Source: a virus (Duplodnaviria; Caudoviricetes). From it: DNA of 27,997 nucleotides. The stretch lies in IMG/VR virus record IMGVR_UViG_3300031658_000079, positions 1 to 27,997 of that record; one strand, given 5' to 3'. The notes below the pieces were generated by a model. It worked only from the letters and a program-made list of their open reading frames with translations. It ran no database searches and was not told where the DNA came from. Made by a program: the position numbers and the translations under genes. Shown here piece after piece: positions 27,277 to 27,997 of the stretch. The first letter of the stretch is position 1; each line of letters begins with the position of its first letter.

Positions 27277-27753
27277 ATGAGTACTCCTAAAAAAAATTAC
27301 GAGAAGTTTGGCTCTAGGAATTTTGTTCCTAGTACTGCTGGTGCTAATGGAGATGGTGAAGGTGATATTATCTTTATTGGTACTGGACATGAAGGAGAAG
27401 ATGTCGGAGCTGGGCAAATATATTATATGGCTACTGATGGAAATGGTGGTGTTGAATGGTTAATCACTGATGCTGACGCAGAGTCTACATCAAAGAATTT
27501 ATTAGCTGTCGCTATGGCTAGTGGACAACCTTCAGATGTTGGTATGCTTTTAAGGGGAATGGTAACCTTGAGAAACGCACCTGGCGTTGGCGCTGGAATT
27601 CCTTTATTCTTATCTACTACAGCTGGTGCTTGTAATAGAGTAGCCCCATCTGCCACTGGAGATGTCGTTAGAGTTATTGGGTATAATATAAATGATACTG
27701 CCAATGCACAGATATGGTTCAATCCAGATAGTACTTATATTGTTATAGCTTAA
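27277..27753 (+). CDS. Fibre-associated / virion decoration-like hypothetical protein
   Basis: 158 aa; GQIYYM...W...DADA...LLAVA...GMLLRG...PLFLSTTAG...PSATGDVVRVIGY...IWFNPD, a pattern I associate with phage appendage proteins. Confidence 0.6.
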   Translation: MSTPKKNYEKFGSRNFVPSTAGANGDGEGDIIFIGTGHEGEDVGAGQIYYMATDGNGGVEWLITDADAESTSKNLLAVAMASGQPSDVGMLLRGMVTLRNAPGVGAGIPLFLSTTAGACNRVAPSATGDVVRVIGYNINDTANAQIWFNPDSTYIVIA

Positions 27754-27997
27754 TGGCAGATATATCTAAAATAACTGGAGTAGCAATAGCAAGTGTATCT
27801 AAGATATGTGGAGTAGCGATTGCAAATATTTCAGAAGTGATGGGTAATATATATGCTTCATTCACAAATGCTCAAGCTGCTTCAAGATCTCTTACGGCAG
27901 GATCTGGAGAAATGGTGCATTTACCAGATACAAATTCAATGGGAGTTGAGTGGGATGAAGACGATGATTTCTCAATTTCTTTTTGGGTTAAAGCAGG
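27753..27997 (+). CDS. 3'-truncated protein, probably a second LamG-domain protein
   Basis: TAATG-coupled start. MADISKITGVAIASVSKICGVAIANISEVMG...DDFSISFWVKA runs off the window edge; FSISFWVK is the first LamG strand motif. Confidence 0.7.
   Translation, partial: MADISKITGVAIASVSKICGVAIANISEVMGNIYASFTNAQAASRSLTAGSGEMVHLPDTNSMGVEWDEDDDFSISFWVKA

Noticed and set aside
2104-27722. All minus-strand ORFs in the track (e.g. 2104-2304, 2488-2901, 8503-8784, 10147-10437, 26748-27026, 27423-27722)
   Set aside because: Each lies antisense to a convincing + strand gene, is short, and has no recognisable motif. These are shadow ORFs.

Overview
AT-rich, gene-dense phage segment with every credible gene on the + strand. 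It is most consistent with the virion-structure module of an environmental crAss-like (Crassvirales-related) phage infecting Bacteroidota. Gene order: 5'-truncated pre-capsid gene, major capsid protein, conserved downstream gene, ring/tail-tube-like protein, probable auxiliary capsid protein, Cys-rich hub-like protein, a 3623-aa Cys-rich repeat protein, several small proteins, an unusual cell-envelope cassette, a LamG protein, a candidate lysis pair (holin-like gene plus DUF5675), a repeat-containing fibre protein and further appendage genes. The most striking feature is the envelope cassette. It comprises a single-TM coiled-coil protein, an exported Cys-less thioredoxin-fold protein, an exported Cys-repeat protein with a T9SS-like C-terminal tail, and a probable outer-membrane beta-barrel. 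All three exported proteins have predicted signal peptides cleaved before Gln (the Bacteroidetes Q-rule). All family assignments come from motif recognition by eye; no searches were run.
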